Assembly: GCA_051362555.1 (NCBI GenBank)
Contig: CM120642.1
Location: 3,286,001-3,350,000 of the forward strand
Direction of reading: 5' to 3'
Length of the DNA stretch: 64,000 nt
Origin: Lingula anatina
Lineage: Eukaryota > Animalia > Brachiopoda
Shown here piece after piece: positions 41,390-54,083 of this stretch. The notes under the pieces were generated by a model. It did no database searches. It had not been told where the DNA came from and worked only from the letters and a program-made list of their open reading frames with translations. The translations under genes and the position numbers were made by a program. Each line of letters starts with the position of its first letter. The first letter of the stretch is position 1.

Positions 41390-42440
41390 ATGGCTTTAGA
41401 GTATGGGAAGCAAACGGTAGCGAAGTTAAAACTTCAACTAGTTGAAAGAGGAGCCTCCACAAGAGGAAAGAAACAGGATTTGATAGAAAGGTTAGTGTAT
41501 TTACTTATAAATGTGTCAATTGTATCACTAACATTGAAGGTTCCGCGCTCGAATCTTCCCGTAAAATATGGGTTTCTGTGTGAGCTCCCTGTCAAAAGCC
41601 AGGTGTAAGCGGCGGCTAGTTCCGCACTACTTATATGCCTAATTTATTACTATATTTCAAGATAATGATATTGTCATTGCATATTTCCATATTCCGAGAA
41701 TATAATAAAGGTATTTATGTTTAAAATATGTTTATTGTAGGCACTCCTAGTCGATAAAGGACCGTTCGTTTCGGTAATCAAATTTCGTGTACCAGGTCCG
41801 ACATTTGACACATGACTTGTGTCAACGCAAATTTGTGAAGGAGAAACAAGGGTTGATGCGTGTTTTATGTCAATGACAGTTATCTAAGTGTAGATGAGGT
41901 AGACAATCAAAACAGTGTTTGCCAAGAATGTTAGCATCGTTTTGTTAGCATCATTTTTTCACTCCCTCATAACCTTGCATTGATGTTGGTAGGTCACACA
42001 GAAGGAAGTATCAGAACTTGAAAACAGAACTAGAGGCCAAAGTTAAAGTCGAGTGTGGCATGAAGAAAGATCATGGAGAATAACAGCATCGAGGTAGGTG
42101 TGCAAACGAAAATAAGTTTGCTAGTTTTTTACTTGTTCAAATGTTTTGTATCAATATCATGTCATAGCTTGAGCTACTATATGTACCTGTAGTTGCATTT
42201 TAGTACAGAAATACAAGTTGTGAGATGATATATCATGGTTTGAAGGTCAAAATTTAATGCTATGAATGTACAATTTCATTTTGCATTTGAAATACAAATT
42301 GAAAAGAAGAGTAAAAAAAACCTATCTCACTAATTTAATTTTATCATTTTTAGGTTTGGTGATATTTTGAACGCAACCAAAAGACGAGACAAGGACAAAT
42401 TATGCCAGTCACTCCTGTTTACCCATGAAATCAATACTCC
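41390..42440 (+). pseudogene. Transposon SAP-domain / YqaJ (lambda-exonuclease-like) gene remnant
   Basis: Exon 41390-41490 MALEYGKQTVAKLKLQLVERGASTRGKKQDLIER (SAP). Exon 41993-42093 VTQKEVSELENRTRGQS*SRVWHEERSWRITASR splices to 42354 onward FGDILNATKRR (YqaJ N-terminal motif). Stop at 42044-42046; truncated near 42440. Confidence 0.85.
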
Positions 42441-44172
42441 ATATTTCTTATAATTTACAGACATATAGTCGTCAACAATGTCACATTCTGGCCAAATGTT
42501 CATTTCACTGAGCTGGAAAAACATAAAGTTGCTTATTATTTCTGACACCGTTGTTACCGATAGCTTGAAACGGAGAGCTAAATAATAATTGTCAAAGGCT
42601 TGTCTCCATTTAATAATGGTAAAAAAACATTGGTCCTCTGGTGACAAACATTTGAAATTCAAGTGGTGAGCTGCTGGCCCAAGGCAATTGAAAAACAACA
42701 TGAAGTGTCCAAAATGACTAAATCCAGTTAGATACTGGGCAGCCTTTGCATTTTTCTGGTACAGCATGATGCTTTCTCTTGTGTCTGATGGTGTAGTGAT
42801 ATCACACTGGGAAGCTGTACTTTCTTTTTGGCTCTCACCAGGGCAGTCTTCATGTTTGTCTTCCACTGCTTCATCTGCTTGAGACTCAACCTATAGGATA
42901 CAACAAAAAATAAATACAGAAGTTGATAACTTACACAAAGAAAAATACTTCATGTATTAATTAACACATAAAATCAGTGTAGATGACAGAAATGACGCAG
43001 ATCTGACTGCCTCTTTAGTGCGTCTCTAGTATTTCTAGTATTTACACAGATAATTATACAAATAAAAAGAAACATTTTATTTATAAATTTGTTATTATAC
43101 CATGCGTTATATTTACCTCCACTTCATGAATATAATCAGGAGCTGTTGGTACTGTCACCGGATCTGATACTTTGCGGCGTTTAGCTAGACGGCTAGTACG
43201 TGATGATGGTACGTCTTTCACTTTATTAAATGGAAATATGGATGGTAGGCCCTATCGTTCCTGGCTTCAGTCTTTTTCTCTCATCTGCAAAAGGAGTGCA
43301 CATAACGATTATTAATACAATAAAAATCAAGTTGTCTTAATTTGAAAACGTGGCCTTTAAAAAACCTCATGGATTATCACATAAAAACGAAGAAATAATT
43401 GTAGTGGCTGGTAGGGGTTGACCCGGGCTCGGTAGCTTAGTCGGTAGTGTGTTTTCTCCCCCCAAATCGCTACATAATGTTAGGTGAAGAATGTCTTTAA
43501 AATTAACATTCTAAGCACGTTAAACAACATAATTACTTAAACATCGATAACAAAGACCTAATGAATAAGCTGACAAACTCATTATAATAATAATAATAAT
43601 AATTTATTGAGCACTGAAATGTTTTTACATTTAGAGGCTCTCTAACTACTATACATTATACATACGAAAAGATAGTAATGATAGTAAGTAAATGAAAGAG
43701 AGAAAAAAAATTATACTTATATAATGTTACACAATATACATTCTCTTAATATGCAGGTGAGATGCATGAAATCATTTGTGCACTTCCAGTTAATTACGTT
43801 TTTTCATAATTCTACTTACAAAATTCCCTACTGCAATCGCACTCTGCTCAGTGGGTGGGTTTAGAATGATGTCAAGCTGTTTGACCTCGTCTGTTAGACC
43901 TTGCAAGTTTACCTCTGGTATGCATTCAAACAGCAATTATTATTAATACTAAAAGCGACAACAGCAAGTATAACTTACGTAGAAGTGTAATCTTCCTCAC
44001 GAAAGTGGAGGAAACAGACATTGTCATGTGCCTTTGGTTTCCATAGTGTTTTTGATGTAGAATAAACCCCCTTGATGGCAACTCTCCACTGGTAACTCAG
44101 CTTTGTGTCTTTCGGAAAAGAATGACCTCCTGTTGACGATGTTCATTCCGGAACACAACAGTATCCTGGCAT
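42441..44172 (-). pseudogene. THAP-domain plus HTH transposase remnant, catalytic DDE region deleted
   Basis: Exon 44172-43979 MPGYCCVPE*TSSTGGHSFPKD..QWRVAI..WKPK..VCFLHF (THAP, second Cys position is TGA at 44145-44143). Exon 43284-43117 RLKPGTI/PSIFPF with a frameshift. Exon from 42890 YLTGF..LSPEDQCFFTIIKWRQ..LALRFKLSVTTVSEII..IWP (Harbinger/ISL2EU-like HTH). Confidence 0.85.
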
Positions 44173-47019
44173 TATTTAGAGCGCTATTTACAGCGTCAGA
44201 TTAAAAATGAAACTGCAAACACACGAGAAAGTACGCGCATGCGCAAAAGTACCCCAACTAAAGCACGCGCGCCACCCAGTGGTGAAAAAAACTGATAGCC
44301 CCATTACAAAGGGGCGAGGAATAATTAAGATGATGACGACTCATTATAGGTCTTCTCTCTATCAGATATCCTAACACAAAAGGTGATAAAACTAAAGAAG
44401 GAAGAATTGTGAGAGGTTACCCATCAGACACCGAGTGTAGACTGGCGTTTCCTCCACTTAATGACTACCTGTGTCTGGCGTCATAGCACCAGTACAATAG
44501 TGCCCCCATTGTACCTGACCAGTCTCTCAGACTGGGAAATGAGCAGTCATAAAATTCATACTGAAGTGACTGTTCTTCCAGGGAGGTAGCAAGATGGATG
44601 GGATGTTAGCATGGGAGAGGGGTACCCTAGTTACCTTGGGACCATTTGGTAGTCCTGAAAACTGATCAAGACTGCTCTCCCCCCGCCTCCCCCCCCCCCC
44701 CCTCAACACACACACATACACACACTTCCCCTAGTTGTGGTTGATTGTTCAAAACAAACAATTTGTAGCTATTGTGATATAAAGAGAAGATGTTAGGATG
44801 TGTTTTAATAGTGCAATCCTTGGATGTTGTGACATTGTAGTGATTAAATTGTAAAGTCCATACTGATTAAATTGCATATTATCAGAAAAGAACAATTCAT
44901 AGTATTTAATTGGAGGACTCTTGTCCTTAGCCCTTACTTCCAAGAAATCCATTATCTTAAGGAAAAATGGCAGTGCCATGAACCCAATTTTTATCTTTTA
45001 GAGCATAACAATGCTTTCTTGTCTCCAATGTTATCTATTTCAATCTGCAGAATATTGTCAACTCTTCTTTTTGATAGCTACTAGTACTTGCTATCTAAAG
45101 GCAGCCCTCTGAGGGACCAATTCATGAAATCATCTCAGTTCCATAGTGCATATAGTATGACACGATTTAAACAAAGAAGTGCATGAGATGGCCCCCTCCT
45201 GTTATACCGTACTTGTGCCGTGGGGGTTACACAAAACACACACCCATGTTAAGTAGTCGGACACAAAAAAGGACTCGGTCTTTAGACTGTTAAAGCTTGG
45301 GGGTTAACATATAATATATCATATAAGTCATATATGTATTGTAATATATGTATATTTGAAGTGGTTTGTTTTGCCACAAACATTGCCCTGCAGTCAAATC
45401 CAGTGTTAAAATTGTCATATCTCTGCTAGATAAATCTGTTGATGGAAATAATTTTATGGATATAAATACATTACTGTTTCATATTCTGTATCAAAAGTGA
45501 GTTGTGCAGTAATAGTGGCATAATATACAGCATGGGCAAATTTTGGATATGGAATTAATGAAATTGTCCATGTACAACAAGCACATGCATATTCTCATTT
45601 GTCAGTTTTGATATCAAAGTTCACTCGAGTCAGTTGCATGCACATTTTGAATGCCTGTAACCAGCCTATAATCTTTGTCCCAGTATTACAGTTGCACAGA
45701 ATTGCATGAGCTTGGTAATTGAAAAAGGTTGTCTTATGTGTCAACTGCACCAAGATTACGTGACACTTTCTGACTGATGTGTCAGTACCTCATGTTCACC
45801 AAGCCTTTGTATGGCACAGTAAATACAACACCCACGTATGTACACGTGATGTTGATGGGGCTTTCTGGTGAGATGTTATCTGGATATCATATACATGTTA
45901 TACTTTCACACACAAATACTGATACACCATGTGTTGAAACCTCAGCAATATATGTATCATAACTTGAGCCGATTCTGACATTATTAGTCATCTCTATTTA
46001 TATGCTATAATCACTGTTTCGAAGATTAATATATCTTTAACTAAATGTACTTGTGATTAATTTTTCCTGTACCCTGAACAAATAGGTTATCAGGAACTTT
46101 AAATAGATAAAATTTGGCAATTTATACAGTGTGAAAGGCTTCGGTAAAAAAAACTACTGTAACAAGGTATCGTTGTCTGCAGTACCTCCTCCATTTAAAA
46201 TTTGACTCTTAATTCATTGATGTTTTAAAAATGAAATGATTTTGACAAGTCAACAGAGGGTCTTGAGGTACAAAATCTGTTTGATATCTAGAAACAACTG
46301 TGGCACCATTGTCTCTTAATCCTGATCTGTCCTTGACCTTTTCTTTGAAGTTGGAAATTTTAGTACTACTCAGAAAATAAAAAAACATGACTTCATTATT
46401 TGATTAATTAACAGGTCATGGGAAAGTTGTGGATGAAACGTTTGAAACAACTGTGACATATTTATTACCAGATTAACTGTAGTTTCTGGTTTCTCTTTAT
46501 CCCAGTGAAGTCACCTGTATGGTTAAATATAGGCTGATACAGGAAGAGGGATTCAAATGCAACATGTTAATTTAACTGAAATACCTATATGATGGTATAT
46601 TACTTATTTGATAGAACCATCATTCAGAATTGTAATGTGGGAGTAAACAGGAAGACCGTAGTTAAAGATCAGTCATTTTGAAAATAATAACAGTGATAGG
46701 AAAATGTGGGTGCAGTACCAGAAACCCTTGGTGACTCTTGTGCCATGTGTTCAGAACAATTTATATTTTATGTTTTGAAAAATGGTGGTATTCCACTAAA
46801 TAGAATCCCCCATACAGTTTTTCTTTTAATGACGATGTCAGTATTTTGTTTCAAAATTCATATTTGAAAAAAAAAGTGAAATACATCACATCACGTAAAT
46901 TTGTTAGTTTGAAAATAAAACAGGATAACATGTGTAATTTCTGTTTGCATATAGCAGTGATGATGTTGTAAATTGAAGTTTTTAACATTTTAATTAACAT
47001 ATTAATTTCTTGTTTTCAG

Positions 47020-47118
47020 ATATTTCTGTGAGGTGTGTCTGGACAGGACACTTTATGCAAGGACATCCTCAAAATCCAAGGGAGAGATCCTGTTCTGGGG
47101 AGAAAACTTTGACTTCAA
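47020..47118 (+). CDS. RasGAP exon, C2 domain ([33 protein letters not shown])
   Basis: tgttttcag acceptor, AA|GTAAGT donor, phase 2 to 2. Confidence 0.95.
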
Positions 47119-47186
47119 GTAAGTTGGTTGTAGCCTTTTAGAGATCACTTAACAAAGAATGAAACTTTCCCAAATTTTATCCTGAT

Positions 47187-48148
47187 CAGGCCTTCCCAAC
47201 TACCAGACTCGGCACCTACGGGTCCAGAATAAACCGGTATATCTGACCACACTACCCGTTTTCAAGGTGTGTGTCAGATCGCATAAAAGAGTATCATACC
47301 CTATCACAAATTCTGTAAGCCTACCTGTCATCCGGGTATCGCGCCTCGTTTTCGTCAAGTAGGAGTCGCATGAATACGACAGACGACTCCCTCAATCAGG
47401 GGGTAGAAACGCGCTACTTATATGATTAAGACGAACCTAGCCGTCAGTACCGGTTATTGTTTTGTGACCTTGAGGAGCAATTAGGTTTGGTCGTTGCGGC
47501 ACGCATCAACAGTAGTTGAACTACCACACCTGGGTCTTTTGTTTTTGACAACTGTTCACTCGTCATCGAGGCGCTTGTTCAAGACTACAGGCTGATATCT
47601 ACTAGTACTACCAGTGGCTTCATTAGTAACGTTCCCACAATACTTAAGTTTTCTGTCCGTGCGTACAAACCCTGAAAAAGGACAGCCTCGCTGACGAGAA
47701 CAATGGACGTTTCTCACCCCTCTCTAGGATTACCCCTGCCCTCAATCTCGTCCATCCCGGTAGTCACGAAAATATTTAACCCCCGACAGAATATGCTTCT
47801 GCTATCAAAATTAGGTCTACTTTTCTAAATTAATATATAAGTTTGCAAGTTCTTATTTACAAAACATCATTGGCTTTGTCCGAACCTAAATTTTATGTTA
47901 AATATTGCGGTACTGTCAGATTTTAGCATAAACAGAAAATTGCAGCAGCGCATGAATCTAGATGAGATGTACTACTTTCCAACCCCGCTTAGGATCATTG
48001 CTATCACATCGCGCACCAGGCAAAATCGGTGTGGTGGCTGATACTCTGTAATGCGATCTGACACACACCTTGAAAACGGGTAGTGTGGTCTGATAAACCG
48101 GTTTATACTGGACCCGTAGGTGCCGAGTCTGGTAGTTGGGAAGGCCTG
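47187..48148. mobile_element. MITE / non-autonomous DNA transposon, 962 bp, 110-bp terminal inverted repeats, 5-bp target duplication CTGAT
   Basis: TIRs 47187-47296 and 48039-48148 (CAGGCCTTCCCAACTACCAGACTCGGCACC...) differ at 5 of 110 positions by my alignment. CTGAT at 47182-47186 and 48149-48153. No transposase ORF inside. Confidence 0.93.
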
Positions 48149-50074
48149 CTGATGACAAAGCTGGTCTAGGTAGAGTTGTCAGTACCCTCCCGCTACCCTA
48201 CCCCCACCCCAGCAGTGGCTAGTTTTCCTAGATACATTACATAACAGCCAGCCTCCAACTATGGGAATCATCTTAGAACAGTTTATCTTGTTTGCTTCAA
48301 AGGTAAATGAGACAAAATGTCATCAATTTTATTTTAAAGCTGTATTTTATTTTGATAATTTTTTGCTGTTTTAATACAAAAGTTATGGCACTCCCTGCTG
48401 TCTTTTGGATGTTTGTATCTAAACTGCGCTCAATTTTTTTCGTTACTGAAATATTAAAATTAACACCAACATGTTACTGTTGACAATACTTGTAATTGAA
48501 AATACTTGTACACAGCAACCTCTCATAGCCACCATTCCACACATAATAATGCATGAACTGATATTGATGCTCTTAAATCTTTTAAATGTTTTTACCTGAT
48601 GTGCCATCTGTTGTTTTCAAGCCTTCATGGATTATTTATATCCAAAGGTTCATTCACACCACAAAAAAAGGATTTTTTCTTGTGGATTCGATTAATCGAT
48701 ATTATCAGGCATGTAGTCAAAAGGCAACTGATAACCCAGCAGGCAGTAGCCAAACTCTGTAATTGCTGCCCAAGATTTATTTAGGTGGTCTGTTGCTGGG
48801 CTGACAACCTAATGATGGCTATGTAAGACTTGAAAGTTGTAGATAGCATGCCTAGGATTTCTGTTGTACTTGTGCCTTTGTGAACACACCATAAGTAAGC
48901 CTTTCTTTTCATGTCAGAGAAAAACCATTTGTGCAAGGTGATCCCATCAAAATGACATCAACGCAACTCACATCAGCTGTGCGTGTTTTATTTACAGAGT
49001 TGGAGAGTAAAATGAACCAAACCCAACATAATGTGCTTACACTGAACATAATGCTTTTATCTAAAAATAGCTGTGTAAAATGATGTGAGGAATAAAGTGG
49101 AAGCTGGTCAGGAGCTCATTTTTATAGTGCTCGAAAGCAAATGCATATATACCCTTTTGTTGAATTTATTAACAGATAAAAATGTATTAATCAAGGCAAT
49201 TTAGTTTCAAAATTGGTAGAAGATGAATTCAACATGTGACATATTTGATCATATTAAACAAAAACAACTATTATTATAAATGGTCCAACAGCCTTAGCTC
49301 ACAGAGATATTTTATCAGTAAAGCAGTCAGCGCAGACACAAACTTTAATCATTTGCATATATAATCTGATATGCAAAAGCATCTCACTCCTCTGATGTTA
49401 TGGTATGAAAAACTATTTTAAAGGGTATACTTTTTGCCTTTTCAGCCAGTGATGAACAGCATTTGATATGTCACAGTTTAAAAAGGAAAATATCAAAAGA
49501 GAAGATGAAAGATTGATTTTATTCATTGCCTTTATAACCGTAATAGCTAATTTGTGATTGCAATTTACGAATAATACCTGGAATGGGCTAAGGTACTTCA
49601 CATTTTAAAATCTGCAGTATGAAATTGAAAATTGATTACAAGGCCAGGGGAGAAAGCCTAGACACATTTTACAACAGTGTTGTGCAATGCTACAACATGA
49701 AAGGGTTGGTTTGACAGAAGTCACCTGCCCTGCTTCCAGGCACCAGCAGGTGAAGAGAGGGACGGACCTTATAGAGGAAAAATGGTGAAAAAGATAAAAA
49801 GACAAAATAAACTGCCTGTGGCAGAAACAAGTCTGGGTTTTCAGAACTGATATGGTGTGGGCAATAAAACCAAAGATCAATGGAAACATTGTATGATCTT
49901 GTAAAAAAACTAAGTGGCATATTGTTGGCATAAAACACTAGTGTCAGATGTTTTTTTACTTAAGTTAGATGTAAAACAAAGGTTGATGTTGTAGTTTTAA
50001 TGTCATTTGTGTGTGAAATTCATGTTTTCTTTCAATAACTTAATATTTGATGGTTCCATCTTTTGGTTTTTCAG

Positions 50075-50160
50075 TAATCTTCCTGCCATAGAAACTGTGA
50101 CTGTGAACATTTACAGAGAAGCTGACAAGAAGAAAAAGAAGGACAAGAACCAGCTAATAG
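50075..50160 (+). CDS. RasGAP exon, C2 domain ([29 protein letters not shown])
   Basis: tttttcag acceptor, G|GTAAGA donor, phase 2 to 1; Lys-rich C2 loop typical of the family. Confidence 0.95.
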
Positions 50161-52390
50161 GTAAGAGGCAGAAAAATACAGCATCTTGTTTGAAAATCAG
50201 GTGATATGATGTAGGATGAGTTTGTGGTTAGTACATACTATGAGGGCAGTATTTCAGTGTCACCATCATGTGTCTGATCCATATCAAACACTCTCTCCAC
50301 ATTTCCCCTTTCCATTCCTAATTTTTGATATTTACTTTACTAAATTTGGGAATGATATTGGGGGAAAAGTAATAAAGTAACTGCTTTTGCTGAAGGGCAG
50401 ATTTATACCAACGAGTAAAATTTACTTTTGCGTGGGAAAGTTGGAGCTACCTGGAAAATTCTCATCCCTGATTTAAACCAAATCCAGGTATGTGTGTCTG
50501 TACAGGAGATAACACCCTGGTAGCATTTCCAGTTAAGTTGGAACAGCACACACTATCTCAGCTTCATGATTATGATTATAAAATCTAGAAAAATCCATCA
50601 AACTCCTCTGTCATAGTGATCAAAGTAAGCACCCTGGATTAAGTTGGAAATATTAATCGCATGGTCTACTGTGGTACACAGTACTGAGTTAGGTGGTCAT
50701 AGCTTGACTAGAAATACGACCTTACACAATCAGAGCTATCAGTGCCATATTGGAATAACATCTGAGTTCACAATTCTGGTGTGGAGAGACATGGGAGAGG
50801 TTAATGGAGGGGTGATACCACCCAGGTTTTTATTGGAAATTTATAAACTTTTGCACCTGGTGGTAATTTTGAATCTTGTGCACCACCCAATACTTATACT
50901 TTTTCGCACATTCGCACACACGTACGTAGCTCCTCCTCCCTTCTTTGTCACTTCATCCCAGCTATAGAAAAAAAGGAGAAATGAAAATCTCAGAATGCAA
51001 GGTAACACATCAATTTGCACAAAAATGAGTGCAGAATTTTATTACTCAGAGCAGTCAGTATTTTGCATCATTTTTTCCCTGCTGCCCTCTTCACTTATAT
51101 TTAAGGAAGAACATTAATATGCACTGAAGCTCTCTATGGTAATTTATAGTTCTGTGCCATCTTACATTTGGTATCATTCTGTACCCTTTTGGTTAGGTAA
51201 CATACCAGGTAACAGTCCACAAGGTGCAGCAGAAATAGTTGTATACCTGAAAAGGTGCAATTCAAAATTTTGTATAGTAACTCCGATCCCCTCACTGAGT
51301 TCTGTAACATTTTACAGGGTGTATGATAAGTTACAGTACTTTAAAAATAGTGGAGTATGATTATTTTTGAACCACCCTTGCTTGAGGTCCCCACCTTGTG
51401 TTAGGTAAGACAGCATACTAAGAGACCATTCATCCATCCATCCATCAGAAATAGTAGCTGTCTCAGGTGTGCAGTGTCTAAATGTAGGGCTCATGGGAAG
51501 CTCAATCTTTGCCCTCTTGCTAGACATTTGATAGACCACACAGAGAAATTCTGAGGAGGAAAAAAGGAAAGGAATTCTTGGCACTTTGGAATACATCTAT
51601 TTTTTTACAGTTTCTACTGTTGTTGTCATGTATTAGATGTCTTCTGTGATTGTGATTAAGTTCCAAGATTACTGTTGCTGCTATTTGATACAATAAGCAA
51701 TTGAAATGTAAAATCTTATGAAATCAGGAATAAATAGATGGCGGTCAATTGATTAAGAGGCTGTTATTAAATCTACTGAAATATGTAACCAGTAAATTTC
51801 TGTACTCTCAGCTTGCAGTCCAATGTCGGTTTATCTTCTCCTTTTTCGTAGTTGAAAAGGTGTCTTTGTGATTGGTTGAAGTACGAGAGGAAATTGGTTT
51901 TACGTTAAAATAACCCAGCGTCGTTATATACACTCTGAAACAGATACACGATCATTTCAAGCACACATACTGTGCCTCTTTAATGTAACACAAGGACAAG
52001 TTGAAACAAGATACAGATTGTCATTGAATCTTGATATAAAATGACAAACAGATGGTGCCAGAATATCCACACATATGTGTATATGCTGCGAGGATATCAG
52101 GACAGTGTAGCTTTTAACTTGTAACTACCAGGTATATCAGTCCAGATATTTGAGCATCGTAGAGGGTTAAAACGCTCACATGGAGTTGTATGCAGGCAGG
52201 GACAAGCAATCTAGTAACTTTAACCTTTATTCTTAAGTTGTATGCTGAATAGATTAGTCAGAAATGTTTTCTCTGATACAAAGTGTACTTAGATCAGAAA
52301 TTGAAGTATCTCTTGGCTATATTTGTCTTTATTTAAGTGGTGGAAATTGATCTTAAGTGTAATTCTAATCTGGTTGTCTTTTTTCTTCAG

Positions 52391-52445
52391 GTTATGTGAA
52401 TATCCCAGTGGATGAGTTGAATAACAGGCAGCTTGTGGAGAAATG
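52391..52445 (+). CDS. RasGAP exon, C2 domain (YVNIPVDELNNRQLVEKW)
   Basis: ttcttcag acceptor, TG|GTGAGT donor, phase 1 to 2. Confidence 0.93.
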
Positions 52446-54083
52446 GTGAGTAAACCTAGCAGCAGACGTTTGTATGCAGACCCATAAATAATAACACACA
52501 TGGAGAAACCATTGCAAAAATAGCAGTTACCATTAAAGCAAACGTGTGTGCAGACGAGATTGATGATTCAGGTGTAGGAAAGAAAACGGGAATAGTGCTT
52601 ACAAGAAAAATGACATGAAATATGGAACTTCTACAAAACTTGAGTCGTCATCACATCTGCTTTTAAGCAAACATACTTACAGAATATGATAGAAATTATA
52701 AGATATGATTGGAATAAGAATGTGATGAATAAACTTGAATTAATACAGTTAACTGTAGAGCAGAGTTGAAAATGTGATAATGATATAGCAGCTAGTATGT
52801 TATATCAAAGTACAACTGACAAATCGTTACATTATTTGTAACTTCACACTCTTCATCTCTTCTCTGATTGGTTGGATTATCCTTCCATTTTGTTCTGCAT
52901 ATTATAAATGACGGTGAAAAAACAGCTCCATCTTCTTTTGCCACAAGCTGTTCACAACACAGCATTTTTCCACAGCTTGTCTCCATAGCAAGGGGTGGGG
53001 CCGCTAGAATTAAATAAAAACATCAATGTCATTGCAATCTGAACTCTTTATACACTTGTGATTGCATCAAGTGAATAGTCTTGTCTCGCAATTTATAGCC
53101 ATGCACGAAGAGGGAACTACAGACGTGTATATGGATAGGAGATTGATGAGGGAGCTAGTGTACAGATGGTAATAGGGAAAGAAATTTCAAGATGGATTAA
53201 TTTTCATGCTTGATATTTTGGATATCATGGGGCTTTTATTGAGGCAGTGTTCTGTAGTGTACAGAAGGATTTCATGACTCTTTCCTTTAATATGTCAATG
53301 TCTGAAAGTTAGATATATGTCAAAATTCTTTGTTTATTAAAAAAAAAAGAAATGCAGAATTATGAAGTGTCTTTACTTGAAAAACAAAGAAATTTTCCTT
53401 TTTGACATTATCTACAAACACAGCATCTGGTCCCATTTTCTAGATCCTTTATTCACTCTTTTCAAATATTATGATTCTGTTGAAGTTTTATGCAACTTTG
53501 AACAGCTCTCTTGGTAAAAAATCATTTGATCACAACATGACGCAATCCAGTCTCATCTAGCACATTCAGCCTGGGTTGAACATTTTCCTGTTACTGGTCT
53601 CTGTATCATCGTTGAGGTTGGCAAGATATCAGGGCCAGAGCAACAAGAGTATAGTGTGACTTGAGGAACATGAATTACATCACTTGAAACAGAGAAAGTT
53701 TGCCAAAAGATAGTCCCAGGGAAGATTTATCTGACTAACCTTCAGCAGTATGTTCCTTTTGGTGTCTATAAGGCGTCCATAGTCTGTGGATGTATGATGT
53801 ATGCCCTGTTTGCTTGTCTTATAACATTGTCTGTCTTTTAGTTCTGTGGTTGAGGCAAGTGTGAGGTTTGCTGTGGTAAGCAGTCTGTTGGATTTCGTAG
53901 ATTGGATGTTTGCAGTCAGCTGCTGAACACATGTTACAAGTATTTGGGGGAATTGTTAACTCTGATGATGTTTGGTAGGATGTTGAAGGCTCTGAATGTA
54001 AGTGTCTTTCATCTTGTGGCAGTCTATAGTAAATTTTGTATAGATTTCAAATGTGATTTTAATATTTTTCTTTCTCTTTGTAG

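Larger units (their letters stand above)
41301..44302. mobile_element. Internally deleted, non-autonomous ISL2EU-type (PIF/Harbinger-related) DNA transposon, 3002 bp
   Basis: Termini GGGGCTAT (41301) and ATAGCCCC (44302) are inverted repeats flanked by AT on both sides. It holds convergent SAP/YqaJ and THAP/transposase gene remnants and is CpG-rich relative to the host intron. Confidence 0.85.
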
